A DNA stretch of 64,000 nucleotides from Bacteroidota bacterium (GCA_006226545.1 SBGR01000006.1:18930-82929), one strand, 5' to 3'; positions 40,044 to 50,469 are shown, counted from the first letter of the stretch. A program made the numbers and translations. The notes: generated by a model not told the origin, from the sequence alone.

Positions 40044-41368
40044 CGTCTGAAAGGTAATCCGCGCATGCTTCGACCGGCTCCTTGGAGTTTGTTCATGGTC
40101 TTCATCATTTTGCGCATTTCTTCAAACTGCTTCATCAACTTATTTACCTCTTCAACGCCTTGTCCTGACCCTATAGCGATACGCTTGCGGCGGCTACCGT
40201 TCATCAGCTCCGGCTTGCGACGTTCTTCGGGCGTCATGGATTGAATGATAGCTTCGATACCTTTGAATGCATCGTCGTTGATGTCAATGTCTTTGATGGC
40301 CTTACCAACACCCGGGATCATTCCCATGAGGTCTTTGATATTACCCATCTTCTTGATTTGCTGCAACTGAGAAAGGAAGTCTTCAAAATTGAACTCATTG
40401 CGGCTCATTTTCTTTTGAAGACGTTCTGCTTCTTCTTGGTCAAAAACTTCTTGGGCACGCTCCACGAGTGAAACAATATCACCCATACCCAAAATACGGC
40501 TGGCCATACGATCCGGGTGGAATACATCCAATGCTTCCATCTTCTCACCCATGCTCACAAACTTGATAGGTTTGTTCACCACAGATTTGATAGACAGGGC
40601 CGCACCACCACGTGTATCACCGTCGAGCTTCGTTAAAACAACGCCGTTAAAATCGAGTCGCTCATTAAAAGCCTGTGCCGTATTAACCGCATCCTGACCA
40701 GTCATGGAATCCACAACAAACAAGATTTCAGTTGGGTTAACCGCCTTTTTCACATTGGCGATTTCCGTCATCATCTGCTCATCCACACTCAAACGACCTG
40801 CAGTATCGACAATCACGACGTTAAAGCCATTCGACTTTGCATGTTTGATGGCGTTTTGCGCAATTTCAACCGGATTTTTATTTTCAATTTCGGTATAGAC
40901 CTCAACCCCTACTTGCTCACCTAAAACCTTCAACTGGTCGATGGCCGCCGGACGGTATACGTCGCCTGCCACCAACAGAACATTACGTCCTTTGCTCTTG
41001 ATGAATTTGGAGAGTTTTCCGGAGAATGTGGTTTTACCCGATCCTTGTAAACCTGCAATCAGAATAATAGCCGGATTGGCATTGAGGTTAATCTCGGAAG
41101 TACTGCCTCCCAAAAGTTCTTGCAATTTGTCGTTAACGATTTTCACCATTAACTGTCCCGGAGAAACAGCCGTTAAAACGTTCTGTCCCAAGGCTTCTGC
41201 CTTCACCTCATCGGTAAAAGTTTTAGCGATTTTATAGTTCACATCGGCCTCAACCAAGGCCTTGCGGATTTCCTTAACGGTTTCAGCAATATTAAGTTCG
41301 GTAATCTTCCCTTGGCCTTTGAGCGTTTTGAAGGCCCCTTCCAGTCTTGCACTTAAATTCTCAAACAT
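40040..41368 (-). CDS. ffh: signal recognition particle protein Ffh
   Basis: 442 aa with GLQGSGKTT and DTAGR, and a Met-rich C-terminal M-domain. Confidence 0.9.
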   Translation of the reverse strand: MFENLSARLEGAFKTLKGQGKITELNIAETVKEIRKALVEADVNYKIAKTFTDEVKAEALGQNVLTAVSPGQLMVKIVNDKLQELLGGSTSEINLNANPAIILIAGLQGSGKTTFSGKLSKFIKSKGRNVLLVAGDVYRPAAIDQLKVLGEQVGVEVYTEIENKNPVEIAQNAIKHAKSNGFNVVIVDTAGRLSVDEQMMTEIANVKKAVNPTEILFVVDSMTGQDAVNTAQAFNERLDFNGVVLTKLDGDTRGGAALSIKSVVNKPIKFVSMGEKMEALDVFHPDRMASRILGMGDIVSLVERAQEVFDQEEAERLQKKMSRNEFNFEDFLSQLQQIKKMGNIKDLMGMIPGVGKAIKDIDINDDAFKGIEAIIQSMTPEERRKPELMNGSRRKRIAIGSGQGVEEVNKLMKQFEEMRKMMKTMNKLQGAGRSMRGLPFRR

Positions 41369-41408
41369 GTTTATTTCTGCTTTTTATTCTGACCTTTGCA
41401 AAGGTAAG

Positions 41409-41825
41409 ATGGAGAAGACTAATACCCAATTGAAAAATCCAATCGTTCTATTCGATGGCTATTGTCATTTGTGCGATGGGAGCATTAGCTTTATTGTGAA
41501 AAAAGAAAAGGGATCCAAGCTCCGCTTTACACCGCTTCAAGGCGAAACCTTCAAATCGCTGCAAGCTAGCATTCCGTTTAATCCCATACCCGATTCCATT
41601 TTGCTTTATGAAAATGGAAAGTGGTATGCTGAATCCGGTGCCGTTTTGCGCATCGCACGCTATCTGAAACAACCCTATCGCTTAGCTTATAGCTTCCTTA
41701 TCATACCTCGATTCTTACGGGATTTCATTTACAAACTTGTTGCCCGTTACCGTTACGCATGGTTTGGAAAAAGAAGCAGCTGCCGCATGCCGGAGCCTCA
41801 TGAGCGTCAACGTTTTCTACCCTAA
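41409..41825 (+). CDS. DCC-family thiol-disulfide oxidoreductase (DUF393)
   Basis: LFDGYCHLCDGSISFI motif. Start taken at MEKTNTQ (41409) rather than the overlapping upstream ATG. Confidence 0.55.
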   Translation: MEKTNTQLKNPIVLFDGYCHLCDGSISFIVKKEKGSKLRFTPLQGETFKSLQASIPFNPIPDSILLYENGKWYAESGAVLRIARYLKQPYRLAYSFLIIPRFLRDFIYKLVARYRYAWFGKRSSCRMPEPHERQRFLP

Positions 41826-41874
41826 AAAGGACTTTGAAAAACGCCTTCAATAGCTCACCTTTGCAAGCATTACC

Positions 41875-42600
41875 ATGAAAAAGAACTTTATCTATGCCTT
41901 AGCCGCATTTAGCATGCTGGCTGCTTGTAAACCGGAAGTAAAAGAAGTAGAAGAACCTAAAGCTACAGAAGATTTAAGCTTCTATGTTAAACAGGTTCAA
42001 ACTGCTCTTGACCGCAAAGACATTCCAACTGCTTTGGTAAACTTGAATTACGTGCTTGGAAAAGACAGCACACGTCAAGGTTTGCGTGATACTTTGTTCT
42101 TCCTGTATACAGAAATGCAAAACACCTACGGTATGGCCAATGTGGGGGCTGAAATTCTAAAATACCGTCCGAACGATTTAACCATCCTTGAGCCAACAGC
42201 AGAAGCCATGAAGTTGAACGGAGAATTTGGATTGGCAATCAATATTCAAGAACATATTTTTGGTTTAACCAGCGATCCAAGGGTTAAATTGATGGTAGCT
42301 GAATCGTATGCCTACCAGCAAAACATAGACAAAGCAGAAGAAAATATCCGTTGGGTAATTGATAACTTTAGTGGCAAAGACACCATTAAAATTGAACGTC
42401 CTATGGTTTCTGAGCAAAACAGAACTCAGAAAATCAAAATGACCGCTGTGGCCCATCAATACTTAGCTCAGATCTATGCTGAAACAGGACAAAAAGCTAA
42501 AGCTCTTAGTGAATTGGATAAGGCCTTAGCCATTGAACCTTACTACGATTTGGCTTTGGTAATGAAAAACGAATTGAAATTCGGTAAGAAACGCCGTTAA
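41875..42600 (+). CDS. TPR-like lipoprotein, hypothetical
   Basis: 241 aa with a lipobox MLAACK and helical repeat content. Confidence 0.4.
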   Translation: MKKNFIYALAAFSMLAACKPEVKEVEEPKATEDLSFYVKQVQTALDRKDIPTALVNLNYVLGKDSTRQGLRDTLFFLYTEMQNTYGMANVGAEILKYRPNDLTILEPTAEAMKLNGEFGLAINIQEHIFGLTSDPRVKLMVAESYAYQQNIDKAEENIRWVIDNFSGKDTIKIERPMVSEQNRTQKIKMTAVAHQYLAQIYAETGQKAKALSELDKALAIEPYYDLALVMKNELKFGKKRR

Positions 42601-43142
42601 GCTCTTGGCGACCAAGTGATTTCATCTTGGTTGTCCAATAAAGCCTGGTACCTCGCTAATACAAATACGTAATCGCTCAGGCGGTTCAGGTAGCGAAGTA
42701 TCAGGCTTTCTATTTCTGCTTCAGCAGACAAAGCCGTAACCAGGCGTTCAGCCCTGCGGCAAACACAGCGTGCCACGTGCATCATTGCTAAATCTCTACT
42801 CCCACCCGGTAATATAAAATTCTTCAATTCCGGCAGTTTGGTATTCATGTTGTCCATGGCCTCTTCCAAATCGCTTATATCTGATTCGGTAATATCGGGC
42901 ACTACCATTCTCGACTTCGGATCAGAGGCCAGGTTAGAGCCGATAGTGAACAATCGGTCTTGAATGTATTTAACTCGGTTTCTTTCAGTTTCATCCAAGC
43001 TGGCAGCAGCACAATAGCCCAAATACGAATTGAGCTCATCTACAGTGCCGTAGGCTTCAATGCGTAAATGGTATTTTGGAACTCTTACTCCTCCTATCAA
43101 AGAAGTCTCGCCTTTATCGCCTGTCTTGGTGTAAATCTTCAT
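42597..43142 (-). CDS. cob(I)yrinic acid a,c-diamide adenosyltransferase (PduO-type)
   Basis: MKIYTKTGDKGETSL start taken at 43142. Conserved PduO-type blocks are present. Confidence 0.75.
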   Translation of the reverse strand: MKIYTKTGDKGETSLIGGVRVPKYHLRIEAYGTVDELNSYLGYCAAASLDETERNRVKYIQDRLFTIGSNLASDPKSRMVVPDITESDISDLEEAMDNMNTKLPELKNFILPGGSRDLAMMHVARCVCRRAERLVTALSAEAEIESLILRYLNRLSDYVFVLARYQALLDNQDEITWSPRA

Positions 43143-43171
43143 GCTGCAAATTAATACAAGCCTCGATTTAA

Positions 43172-43204
43172 AACGAAAAAAGGCCTCCAATCTGGAAGCC
43201 TTTT
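43172..43204 (-). terminator. rho-independent terminator after DUF4382 gene (minus strand)
   Basis: On the minus strand the hairpin AAGGCTTCCA-GATT-GGAGGCCTT is followed by TTTTCGTTTT. Confidence 0.5.
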
Positions 43205-43227
43205 CTTGTCTATGGTGAATATGAAGT

Positions 43228-44010
43228 TTACTGTATGTTCAATGTTCCCATGTTGGTAATCTGACCATTTACTACACCCACTCCGTTGAAGGTAGTGTCT
43301 GCATATGGAGATGGTGGCAGGATGTCAACCTGATACGTACCTGCTTCCAGACCTTTAATCATAAAGGCACCGGAGCTGTCTGAGTATGTGCCAAAGGTGT
43401 CTCCATTGTGGATAGCCCAAATTTGAGCAACCATGTCAGGATCAAGATTACCTTGAATAATTCCATCGATACCTTCCGTAATAGTGCGCAGAACGGGTTT
43501 TAAGATGTATTTGCCATTGCCAGTCTCCACGATAGACTGAGAGGCATCAAAATCCAATAGGATGGTATAGGTAATATCCGGAATCAGATTCTGGTGAATC
43601 TGCAATTTCAACCCTGATTGCTGTGCACTTGGCGTTTTCAACGGATAGGATGTCCCACCAATCACTACCGTATTGTTATCGCCTAAGATCAATCTGAGTT
43701 GTGAAATATTTCCGCTAGGCAAAGTAGAGCTAGCGATTAAAGTATCGAGTCCGTTGGTAAAGTCGAGCAGATTATAAACTCCCGGGGCAGACATGGCTAA
43801 GGTATTCCAGCCATTCACATCGGAATGAATTTCCACTCCCACAATTTCTACATTTACTTCATCGTAAGGTCCAGGCGCATCGGTCATGCGTACATTTACT
43901 TTGGAAAAACCGCTACCGGCATCACTTCCATCATCTGGCGTACATGCAACCATTCCTAAACAGGTTATGGCTACAACACTTGCTAATTTCCAATTCATAA
44001 TCTCTTTCAT
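43228..44010 (-). CDS. DUF4382-like lipoprotein
   Basis: 260 aa with a lipobox GMVACT. The N-terminal block VNVRMTDAPGPYDEVNVEIVGVEI is typical of DUF4382. Confidence 0.45.
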   Translation of the reverse strand: MKEIMNWKLASVVAITCLGMVACTPDDGSDAGSGFSKVNVRMTDAPGPYDEVNVEIVGVEIHSDVNGWNTLAMSAPGVYNLLDFTNGLDTLIASSTLPSGNISQLRLILGDNNTVVIGGTSYPLKTPSAQQSGLKLQIHQNLIPDITYTILLDFDASQSIVETGNGKYILKPVLRTITEGIDGIIQGNLDPDMVAQIWAIHNGDTFGTYSDSSGAFMIKGLEAGTYQVDILPPSPYADTTFNGVGVVNGQITNMGTLNIQ

Positions 44011-44196
44011 TTGGTGTACTTCATTAAATGCAGAAGCGTTGCCAGAATGAAACTAAAACCGACACAACAATGCTTATCCTTTGTTTTTCAATAGACTACG
44101 GAAAAATCAAAAGAATTTTCCATTCGTGCCAGAGCAGAAAAGTCTATCAATTTGAAAAACTATGTTCTTGAAATTCTTAGAATGAAAGGGTAAAGA

Positions 44197-44874
44197 CTAT
44201 TTACCATCCGATTCCACCAAGCCGTCGCGCAAACGAATGATACGTTTGGCTCTTTGAGCGATGTCTTCCTCGTGTGTTACCAAGATAACGGTATTGCCTT
44301 GTTCGTGAATGGCTTCGAAAAGCTCCATGATCTCTTCCGAGGTTTTGGTATCCAGGTTACCGGTTGGCTCATCGGCAAGGATGATGGACGGATTATTAAC
44401 CAAGGAGCGAGCTACCGCTACACGTTGCCTTTGTCCACCTGAGAGTTCATTTGGCTTGTGCAGCATGCGTTCTTCTAAGCCTACCTGTTTTAATACTTCA
44501 GCGGCTCTTTTAAGGCGTTCTTCTTTAGAGATGCCGGCATAGACCAAAGTGAGCGCTACGTTTTCCTGTGCTGTTAAACGAGGCATCAGGTTAAAGCTCT
44601 GAAACACGAAACCAATTTCTTTGTTTCGGATTTCGGCTAATTCATTATCGCTCATTTCACTTACCCTCTTATTGTTCAAAAGGTAGGTTCCTGAGCTTGG
44701 GGTATCTAGGCACCCCAATACATTCATTAAAGTGGATTTTCCGGAGCCGGATGGTCCCATCAAAGCCACGTATTCACCTTTTTCAATTTCGAGGTCGATC
44801 GATTTTAAAGCCTCCACCAGCTCAGTGCCGGTGCGGTAAACTCTGCGAATGCCCTCCAATTGAAGTAGTGCCAT
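44197..44874 (-). CDS. ABC transporter ATP-binding protein (LolD/FtsE-like)
   Basis: 225 aa with Walker [10 protein letters not shown], the signature LSGGQRQR and Walker B ILADEPT. Confidence 0.75.
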   Translation of the reverse strand: MALLQLEGIRRVYRTGTELVEALKSIDLEIEKGEYVALMGPSGSGKSTLMNVLGCLDTPSSGTYLLNNKRVSEMSDNELAEIRNKEIGFVFQSFNLMPRLTAQENVALTLVYAGISKEERLKRAAEVLKQVGLEERMLHKPNELSGGQRQRVAVARSLVNNPSIILADEPTGNLDTKTSEEIMELFEAIHEQGNTVILVTHEEDIAQRAKRIIRLRDGLVESDGK

Positions 44875-45165
44875 TTATTTCTTGATTACTTTAGGTACAC
44901 GGAAATAATCGGAATCTTTTTTAGGCGCGTTTTTCAATGCTTGTTCGTGGGTAATATCGACTTTTACCACATCCTCGCGTAATACATTGTGACCTTCTGC
45001 CACAAAGATCATAGGCTCTACGCCTTCGGTATCCAATTCGTTGAGCTTGTCTACAAAACCCAGAATTTTCTGCAGGTCTTCACGGATTTTATCCTTCTCC
45101 CCTTTTTCAAATTCCAATCGGGCTAAGTGAGCCAATCGATCGATGGTTTCATTTGTTACTTGCAT
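44875..45165 (-). CDS. gatC: Asp/Glu-tRNA amidotransferase subunit C
   Basis: 96 aa with a GatC-like N-terminus (IDRLAHLARLEF). Confidence 0.75.
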   Translation of the reverse strand: MQVTNETIDRLAHLARLEFEKGEKDKIREDLQKILGFVDKLNELDTEGVEPMIFVAEGHNVLREDVVKVDITHEQALKNAPKKDSDYFRVPKVIKK

Positions 45166-45901
45166 GCTCTGCTAATTTGCTTTCAATAATACTAAATACT
45201 TGTTGTTTGAGGTCATTGGCATCTTCTGCCTTTAGACCGGTGGTCGGAATTGGGCGATGAATGTAAACCCGAATCTTACCCGGTTTGAACCTCCATTTTC
45301 CATCATCCGGCAAACGGTAATGGTTGTCAGGTAAGGTCATGGGTACTATAGGCACCTGGTTGTCTATCGCTAAACGAAAAGCACCTTCTTTAAAGCGATG
45401 CAAGACCGGTGCATCGGCATGTATTGTCCCTTCCGGGAATACACAAAGGCTAGATCCGTTTGCCAATCGCTTTCCGGCCTCCAAAAAAGCCCTGTGCGCG
45501 GCTATGGCTTTCTTCCGGTCTACCGCTATATCAATGGTTTTAAAGATGATCCCAAACAAGGGAATCTTGCTCAGCTCATCTTTGGCCATGAAGCTAAAGA
45601 AATACGGAAAACCTAAAGTCACCGCGGGAATATCGATATAGGAAGAATGGTTGGGTGCAATCACATAAACCTGATTCGCATCCAGCGGCTCCTCTTCTAT
45701 CACCTCCATGCGTATGCCTCCCATAAAGAAGATATACCGTCCCCACGCAATTCTCAACTTATGCGCTTGCGGATAACGTTTCGGATTCGCTAGGTAATAG
45801 CGAAGCAAAGGATAGGTCAACAAAAAGAAACCGAGGAAATGCAACAGCAGCCACCCCGAATAAATAAGGTAGTATTTTGGGTAGCCCTCCGACCTAGCCA
45901 T
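45149..45901 (-). CDS. 1-acyl-sn-glycerol-3-phosphate acyltransferase (PlsC family)
   Basis: Acyltransferase motifs NHSSYIDIP and FPEGT. Confidence 0.65.
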   Translation of the reverse strand: MARSEGYPKYYLIYSGWLLLHFLGFFLLTYPLLRYYLANPKRYPQAHKLRIAWGRYIFFMGGIRMEVIEEEPLDANQVYVIAPNHSSYIDIPAVTLGFPYFFSFMAKDELSKIPLFGIIFKTIDIAVDRKKAIAAHRAFLEAGKRLANGSSLCVFPEGTIHADAPVLHRFKEGAFRLAIDNQVPIVPMTLPDNHYRLPDDGKWRFKPGKIRVYIHRPIPTTGLKAEDANDLKQQVFSIIESKLAEHASNK

Positions 45902-46295
45902 ATACTTTTTTGAGTCCGTCGATTTGCAGGTTGATGAAGTTCTGCAGCGGCTTTTGGGCCATCATTTTCAAAATTGGATTTAAATCGGCCTCCATCTTCA
46001 CCATCACTTTACAGCTTTCCGAACTTGTTTCTTCCAATAGCCAATGCACTGAAAATGGAAAAGGAATTTTACCGTTTGGCTCTAGAACCAACAGACTCGG
46101 TGATTCTTGTTTGGCCCATTTCAAGTAAACTGTCCCTGTACCTTTAATGGTGTATTGGCAGGTATCGCCTTCGCTTTTAAACTGCTCCACTTGGGCAGGC
46201 ATGATTTGCTCATGGTTTGCCAAATTAGCTAAGAAAGTATAAACCTCTTGGGCTGGTTTAGCGAGTTGTAAAGGGAGTGATTCGAGTACGGTCAT
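45894..46295 (-). CDS. hypothetical protein (possibly SRPBCC-fold)
   Basis: 133 aa with no diagnostic motif. Overlaps its neighbours by 8 bp and 4 bp. Confidence 0.3.
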   Translation of the reverse strand: MTVLESLPLQLAKPAQEVYTFLANLANHEQIMPAQVEQFKSEGDTCQYTIKGTGTVYLKWAKQESPSLLVLEPNGKIPFPFSVHWLLEETSSESCKVMVKMEADLNPILKMMAQKPLQNFINLQIDGLKKVYG

Positions 46296-46900
46296 CTTTT
46301 CTTTAATACTAATACAGTTACAATAGCGGCAAACAGCAACCCAATAAACGGCGCTAGTCCGGCCGACTTAATCACACTGGCATAATAGCCAAAAGACTGT
46401 TTGCTGATAATCTCCAATTCAGCATCAATCATCACCAACGAATCTTGTGCAGCTTTCTTGTAGGTAGCATATCGTTCAGGTAAAAGTACACCTGAATCTT
46501 TTCCTGCCATCAAGTGCATATAGTATTCGTCTTTGGTATTGGCCGTTGAATCGTGGGCATTCACCACTTTTGGCAACCAGCCTTCTTGCAAGTAGGCTGT
46601 TTTTGCTTCCGGATTGATTTCATTGAAGTAGAATGCGGAAATGAGTCCGAAGAGAATGGCATGAAAAACCGAAATCAATACACCGGTAATGATGTATTTC
46701 AACCCGCTAGGCTCTTCGATAGCCTGCTTTTTCAGGTCTTTTAATCCGAAGTAAATCGCGCCACCGGCCATGAGGTAATGCAATACCAAAAACAAGGCTT
46801 GCGATTCTCTTTTAACCGTCATCAAATTCTGAAATCCAAACAAGAGGTAAAGTGTGCTTGGAATGATAAAGAGGACTGACCACTTCAGGATGATTTTCAT
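46292..46900 (-). CDS. hypothetical membrane protein
   Basis: 202 aa with several TM helices. Confidence 0.35.
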   Translation of the reverse strand: MKIILKWSVLFIIPSTLYLLFGFQNLMTVKRESQALFLVLHYLMAGGAIYFGLKDLKKQAIEEPSGLKYIITGVLISVFHAILFGLISAFYFNEINPEAKTAYLQEGWLPKVVNAHDSTANTKDEYYMHLMAGKDSGVLLPERYATYKKAAQDSLVMIDAELEIISKQSFGYYASVIKSAGLAPFIGLLFAAIVTVLVLKKR

Positions 46901-46904
46901 GCTG

Positions 46905-46946
46905 CAAAAAAACGAAAAAACCTCCGCCTAATAACGACGGAGGTTC
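46905..46946 (-). terminator. strong rho-independent terminator after DUF3276 gene (minus strand)
   Basis: On the minus strand the hairpin AACCTCCG-TCGTTATTAGG-CGGAGGTT is followed by TTTTTCGTTTTTTT. Confidence 0.75.
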
Positions 46947-46967
46947 AAATATTAAGGTATTTATTTC

Positions 46968-47297
46968 TTAGTCTTCGTTGGAGTCGTGGTCATCATGACC
47001 ATACTCGTAATCGGAATTGCGGCTAAATTCCTCAAAGTCATATTCCGGCATCAGTTCCGTTTTAACATGACCTACTGTTTCATTCAGTGCATCCATGAAT
47101 TTGTTAAAGTCTTCTTTGTACAAGAAGATTTTGTGTTTCACGTACATGCCTGAATCTTGTTTTTTCTTGCTCTCAGTGATGGTGATATAATAATCATTAC
47201 CCCGAGTTGATTTTACGTCAAAGAAATAGGTACGCTTTCCCGCGCGGATTTTTTTCGAAAAAATCTCCTCTCTGTCGTTCTTGTTAAAATCCTCCAT
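46968..47297 (-). CDS. DUF3276 (PUR-alpha-like) small nucleic-acid-binding protein
   Basis: 109 aa with the block KKIRAGKRTYFFDVK and an acidic C-terminal tail. Confidence 0.5.
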   Translation of the reverse strand: MEDFNKNDREEIFSKKIRAGKRTYFFDVKSTRGNDYYITITESKKKQDSGMYVKHKIFLYKEDFNKFMDALNETVGHVKTELMPEYDFEEFSRNSDYEYGHDDHDSNED

Positions 47298-47335
47298 ATA
47301 GCTCTATTACCGTGGGAAAACTAGAACATTTCCTA

Positions 47336-47366
47336 CAAATAGGCAAATATGAATATCGCCTATTTG
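47336..47366. promoter_or_regulatory. perfect 9-bp inverted repeat CAAATAGGC-N13-GCCTATTTG (candidate operator or attenuator) upstream of DUF3276 gene
   Basis: Read directly from the sequence, about 40-70 bp upstream of the ATG at 47297 and 23 bp downstream of the ABC exporter stop. Confidence 0.4.
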
Positions 47367-47388
47367 CAAGCAACCTGAAAATTGATGT

Positions 47389-49197
47389 TTATACTTGGGT
47401 TTCTTCGTTTGTGTTCTCAACGAATTCTTCCTCTTGAAGCGATTGCTTTTCAAAAAGTTGAGCATAAGCACCTTGGTTTTTCACCAATTCATCGTGCTTG
47501 CCACGTTCCAAAACTTCACCTTCTTCTAAAACAATAATTTCATCGGCATCTTTAACGGAAGAGACGCGGTGACTGATAATCAATACCGTCTTATCGCTAA
47601 ACACCTTTCTAAAATTACCCAGAATCTCGGCTTCTGTACGGGTATCTACAGCCGACAGGCAATCGTCGAGAATCAGAATTTCCGGATTCTTCACAATCGC
47701 TCTAGCGATGGCCACCCTTTGTTTTTGTCCGCCAGAAAGTGAAATCCCTCTTTCTCCCAACATGGTCTCAAAGCCTTTCGGGAAATCTATAACATTTGAA
47801 TATACCGCTGCTGATTTGGCTGCTTCTTCAATGCGGGAGAATTCACGATCCTCTCCTTTTAATCCAAAGGCTATATTCTCTGCAATGGTATCGCTAAAGA
47901 GAAAAACATCTTGCGGCACATAGCCAATCTTCTCGCGGTATTCATCCAAGTTGATGTCTTGAATTGGTTCACCATCAATCAAAATTTTCCCTTCGCTAGG
48001 GTCGTGTAAGCGAAGTATGAGCGATGCTAAGGTACTTTTACCGGAGCCGGTAGAACCAATCACTCCTACCACTTTGCCTTTTTCCAGGCTTAGGCTCACC
48101 TTACTCAAGGCTTCTTTCCTGCCCTCACTATAACGGAAGGTAACATTCTTTAAGTGGATGCCTTTTTCAAAATGGAATGGCTTTTCGCTTTGGTTTTCAA
48201 TAGCCGGTTGAATGTCTAAGAACTCGTTGATACGCGCCTGGCTGGATGCCGCACGCTGTACAATGGAAGTTACCCATCCCAATGAAGCTACCGGCCAAGT
48301 GAGCATGTTCACGTAAATGATAAACTGAGCGATATTACCGTAGCTCAATTTACCTTCAATCACCTGCATACCGCCAACGTAGACCACAATCAGGTTACTC
48401 AAACCTACCAACAGCATCATGAGCGGAAAGAACATGGCATCCACCTTCGCTAAATCCAAGGCCTTTTTGCGGTAGTCTTCGTTTTCCTTTTCAAATTCCT
48501 GCCACGAGGCTTTTCCAACGCCAAAGGCCTTCAATACACGCATACCGGAAAACGCCTCTTGTACAAATGTGGTCAGATCGGACAATTTGGCTTGAATAGC
48601 ATCGCTTTTACGGTAGATGATATTGTTAACGTAGTAAATGGAAATGGATAAAACCGGCAATGGCAGCAAAACCCAAAGCGTTAAACTCGGACTCACTGCC
48701 ACCATATTGTAAATCACGAATGTGAAGGTAGCCAATAGGTTAAGCGTGTACATGATGGCCGGTCCGACGTACATTCTCACCCTGCTCACGTCTTCCGAAA
48801 TACGGTTCATCAAGTCGCCAGTATTGTTACCGCGGTAGAAGTCCTGCCCTAAACGCTGGTACTGATCGAAAATCTCATTCTTCTGGTCGTATTCCACATG
48901 GCGCGACATCACAATGATGGTTTGGCGCATGAAGAACATGAACACCCCTTTTAATATGGCCGCTCCCAGAATAAGGAGTCCGAGGGTCATGGTACTCTGA
49001 ATAAGCTTGTCTTTGTTCTCGCTGTGTACTTCGCCCGTAACGGCATCGAATTGTCCGGCTACTGTATCGATAGCCTGCCTGACAAACTCGGGTTGTAAAA
49101 TGTTGAAGTAGTTGGAGATGATGATGAAAATGATGCCCAGACTAAGCCTGACGCGGTATTTCCAGAAATATTTATTTATGCTGCTGAGTGATTTCAA
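47389..49197 (-). CDS. ABC exporter, fused permease/ATP-binding protein (MsbA-like)
   Basis: 602 aa with 6 TM helices, Walker A GSTGSGKST, signature LSGGQKQR and Walker B ILILDD. Confidence 0.8.
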   Translation of the reverse strand: MKSLSSINKYFWKYRVRLSLGIIFIIISNYFNILQPEFVRQAIDTVAGQFDAVTGEVHSENKDKLIQSTMTLGLLILGAAILKGVFMFFMRQTIIVMSRHVEYDQKNEIFDQYQRLGQDFYRGNNTGDLMNRISEDVSRVRMYVGPAIMYTLNLLATFTFVIYNMVAVSPSLTLWVLLPLPVLSISIYYVNNIIYRKSDAIQAKLSDLTTFVQEAFSGMRVLKAFGVGKASWQEFEKENEDYRKKALDLAKVDAMFFPLMMLLVGLSNLIVVYVGGMQVIEGKLSYGNIAQFIIYVNMLTWPVASLGWVTSIVQRAASSQARINEFLDIQPAIENQSEKPFHFEKGIHLKNVTFRYSEGRKEALSKVSLSLEKGKVVGVIGSTGSGKSTLASLILRLHDPSEGKILIDGEPIQDINLDEYREKIGYVPQDVFLFSDTIAENIAFGLKGEDREFSRIEEAAKSAAVYSNVIDFPKGFETMLGERGISLSGGQKQRVAIARAIVKNPEILILDDCLSAVDTRTEAEILGNFRKVFSDKTVLIISHRVSSVKDADEIIVLEEGEVLERGKHDELVKNQGAYAQLFEKQSLQEEEFVENTNEETQV

Positions 49198-49281
49198 GGC
49201 TGTGCTATAAAAAGCAATTGACTTTTAAATTTCTTGGCTACTTTTGTGCCACTTTTTGACAGGCAAAAATACATTAACCTT

Positions 49282-50379
49282 ATGATCGAAGTGAAAGAAA
49301 TCTCTTCAAGCTCTTTTGGCTTATTCAATCAGCTTGCACAACGCGACCACGAGCAAATCGTGATGTGCCAGGATAACGCTACCGGCTTGAAGGCAATTAT
49401 TGCCATTCACAATACTGTGCTTGGCCCAGGATTAGGTGGTACCCGTTTGTGGAACTACAAAACTGAGGCTGAGGCCATTAACGACGTATTACGTTTATCG
49501 CGTGGTATGACTTATAAAGCCTCTATCTCCGGATTGAATTTAGGAGGTGCAAAGGCAGTTATCATTGGCGACGCTAAGCAAGTTAAGAGCGAAGCATTGT
49601 TCCGTAAATTCGGACGTTTCGTTGAAAACTTGAGCGGAAAATACATCACCGCAGAAGACGTTAACACCACAACCAAAGATATGGAATACGTAGCGATGGA
49701 AACTGACCACGTAGTTGGTTTGCCAGAGTCTATGGGTGGTGGCGGAGACCCTTCTCCTGTAACTGCTTACGGTACTTACATGGGCATGAAAGCTTCAGCT
49801 AAAAAAGCTTGGGGTAACGATAGCCTTAGTGGAAAAACCGTTGCAGTTCAAGGTATCGGTAAAGTAGGTTACCATTTGTTGGAGTACCTTCACAAAGAAG
49901 GCGCTAAATTGTATATCAGCGACATCAACGAAGAAGCGTTGAAAAGAGCTGCTGAAGATTTCGGTGCTATCGTAGTGAATGGCGACGACCTTTTCGAATT
50001 GGAAGTTGACATCTTCGCTCCTTGCGCAATGGGTGCCATCTTGAATACCGAAAACATCAACCGTTTGAAATGCCAAATCATTGCCGGTGCTGCTAACAAC
50101 CAGTTGGCTGACGAGGTAGAACACGGCAAGATGCTGGTTGACCGTGGTATCTATTACGCTCCTGACTTCTTGATCAATGCCGGTGGTTTGATTAACGTAT
50201 ACTCTGAGTACATTGGTTACAACAGAGAACGTGCTTACGGCGCTACTGAAAAGATTTACGACACAACCCTTGATATCTATGCTTTGGCAGAAGAGAAAGG
50301 CATGACTACACAAGCAGCTGCTATCTTTATGGCAGAGAAACGTGTGAACGACATGATGTTGGTTAAATCAACTTACTAA
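49282..50379 (+). CDS. Leu/Phe/Val dehydrogenase family (amino acid dehydrogenase)
   Basis: The N-terminal region matches leucine dehydrogenase. A catalytic Lys region (GLNLGGAKAVI) and a Rossmann fold (GIGKVG) are present. Start taken at MIEVKE. Confidence 0.7.
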   Translation: MIEVKEISSSSFGLFNQLAQRDHEQIVMCQDNATGLKAIIAIHNTVLGPGLGGTRLWNYKTEAEAINDVLRLSRGMTYKASISGLNLGGAKAVIIGDAKQVKSEALFRKFGRFVENLSGKYITAEDVNTTTKDMEYVAMETDHVVGLPESMGGGGDPSPVTAYGTYMGMKASAKKAWGNDSLSGKTVAVQGIGKVGYHLLEYLHKEGAKLYISDINEEALKRAAEDFGAIVVNGDDLFELEVDIFAPCAMGAILNTENINRLKCQIIAGAANNQLADEVEHGKMLVDRGIYYAPDFLINAGGLINVYSEYIGYNRERAYGATEKIYDTTLDIYALAEEKGMTTQAAAIFMAEKRVNDMMLVKSTY

Positions 50380-50399
50380 GATTATTCTTAAGCTTATAC

Positions 50400-50424
50400 A
50401 AAGCGCCTTCGGGCGCTTTTTTTA
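50400..50424 (+). terminator. rho-independent terminator after amino acid dehydrogenase gene
   Basis: Hairpin AGCGCC-TTCG-GGCGCT followed by a T7 run. Confidence 0.75.
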
Positions 50425-50469
50425 TGTCCGCAATTTCCGCATCTGCCGGCATATCCCGTTCTTTGAAGC

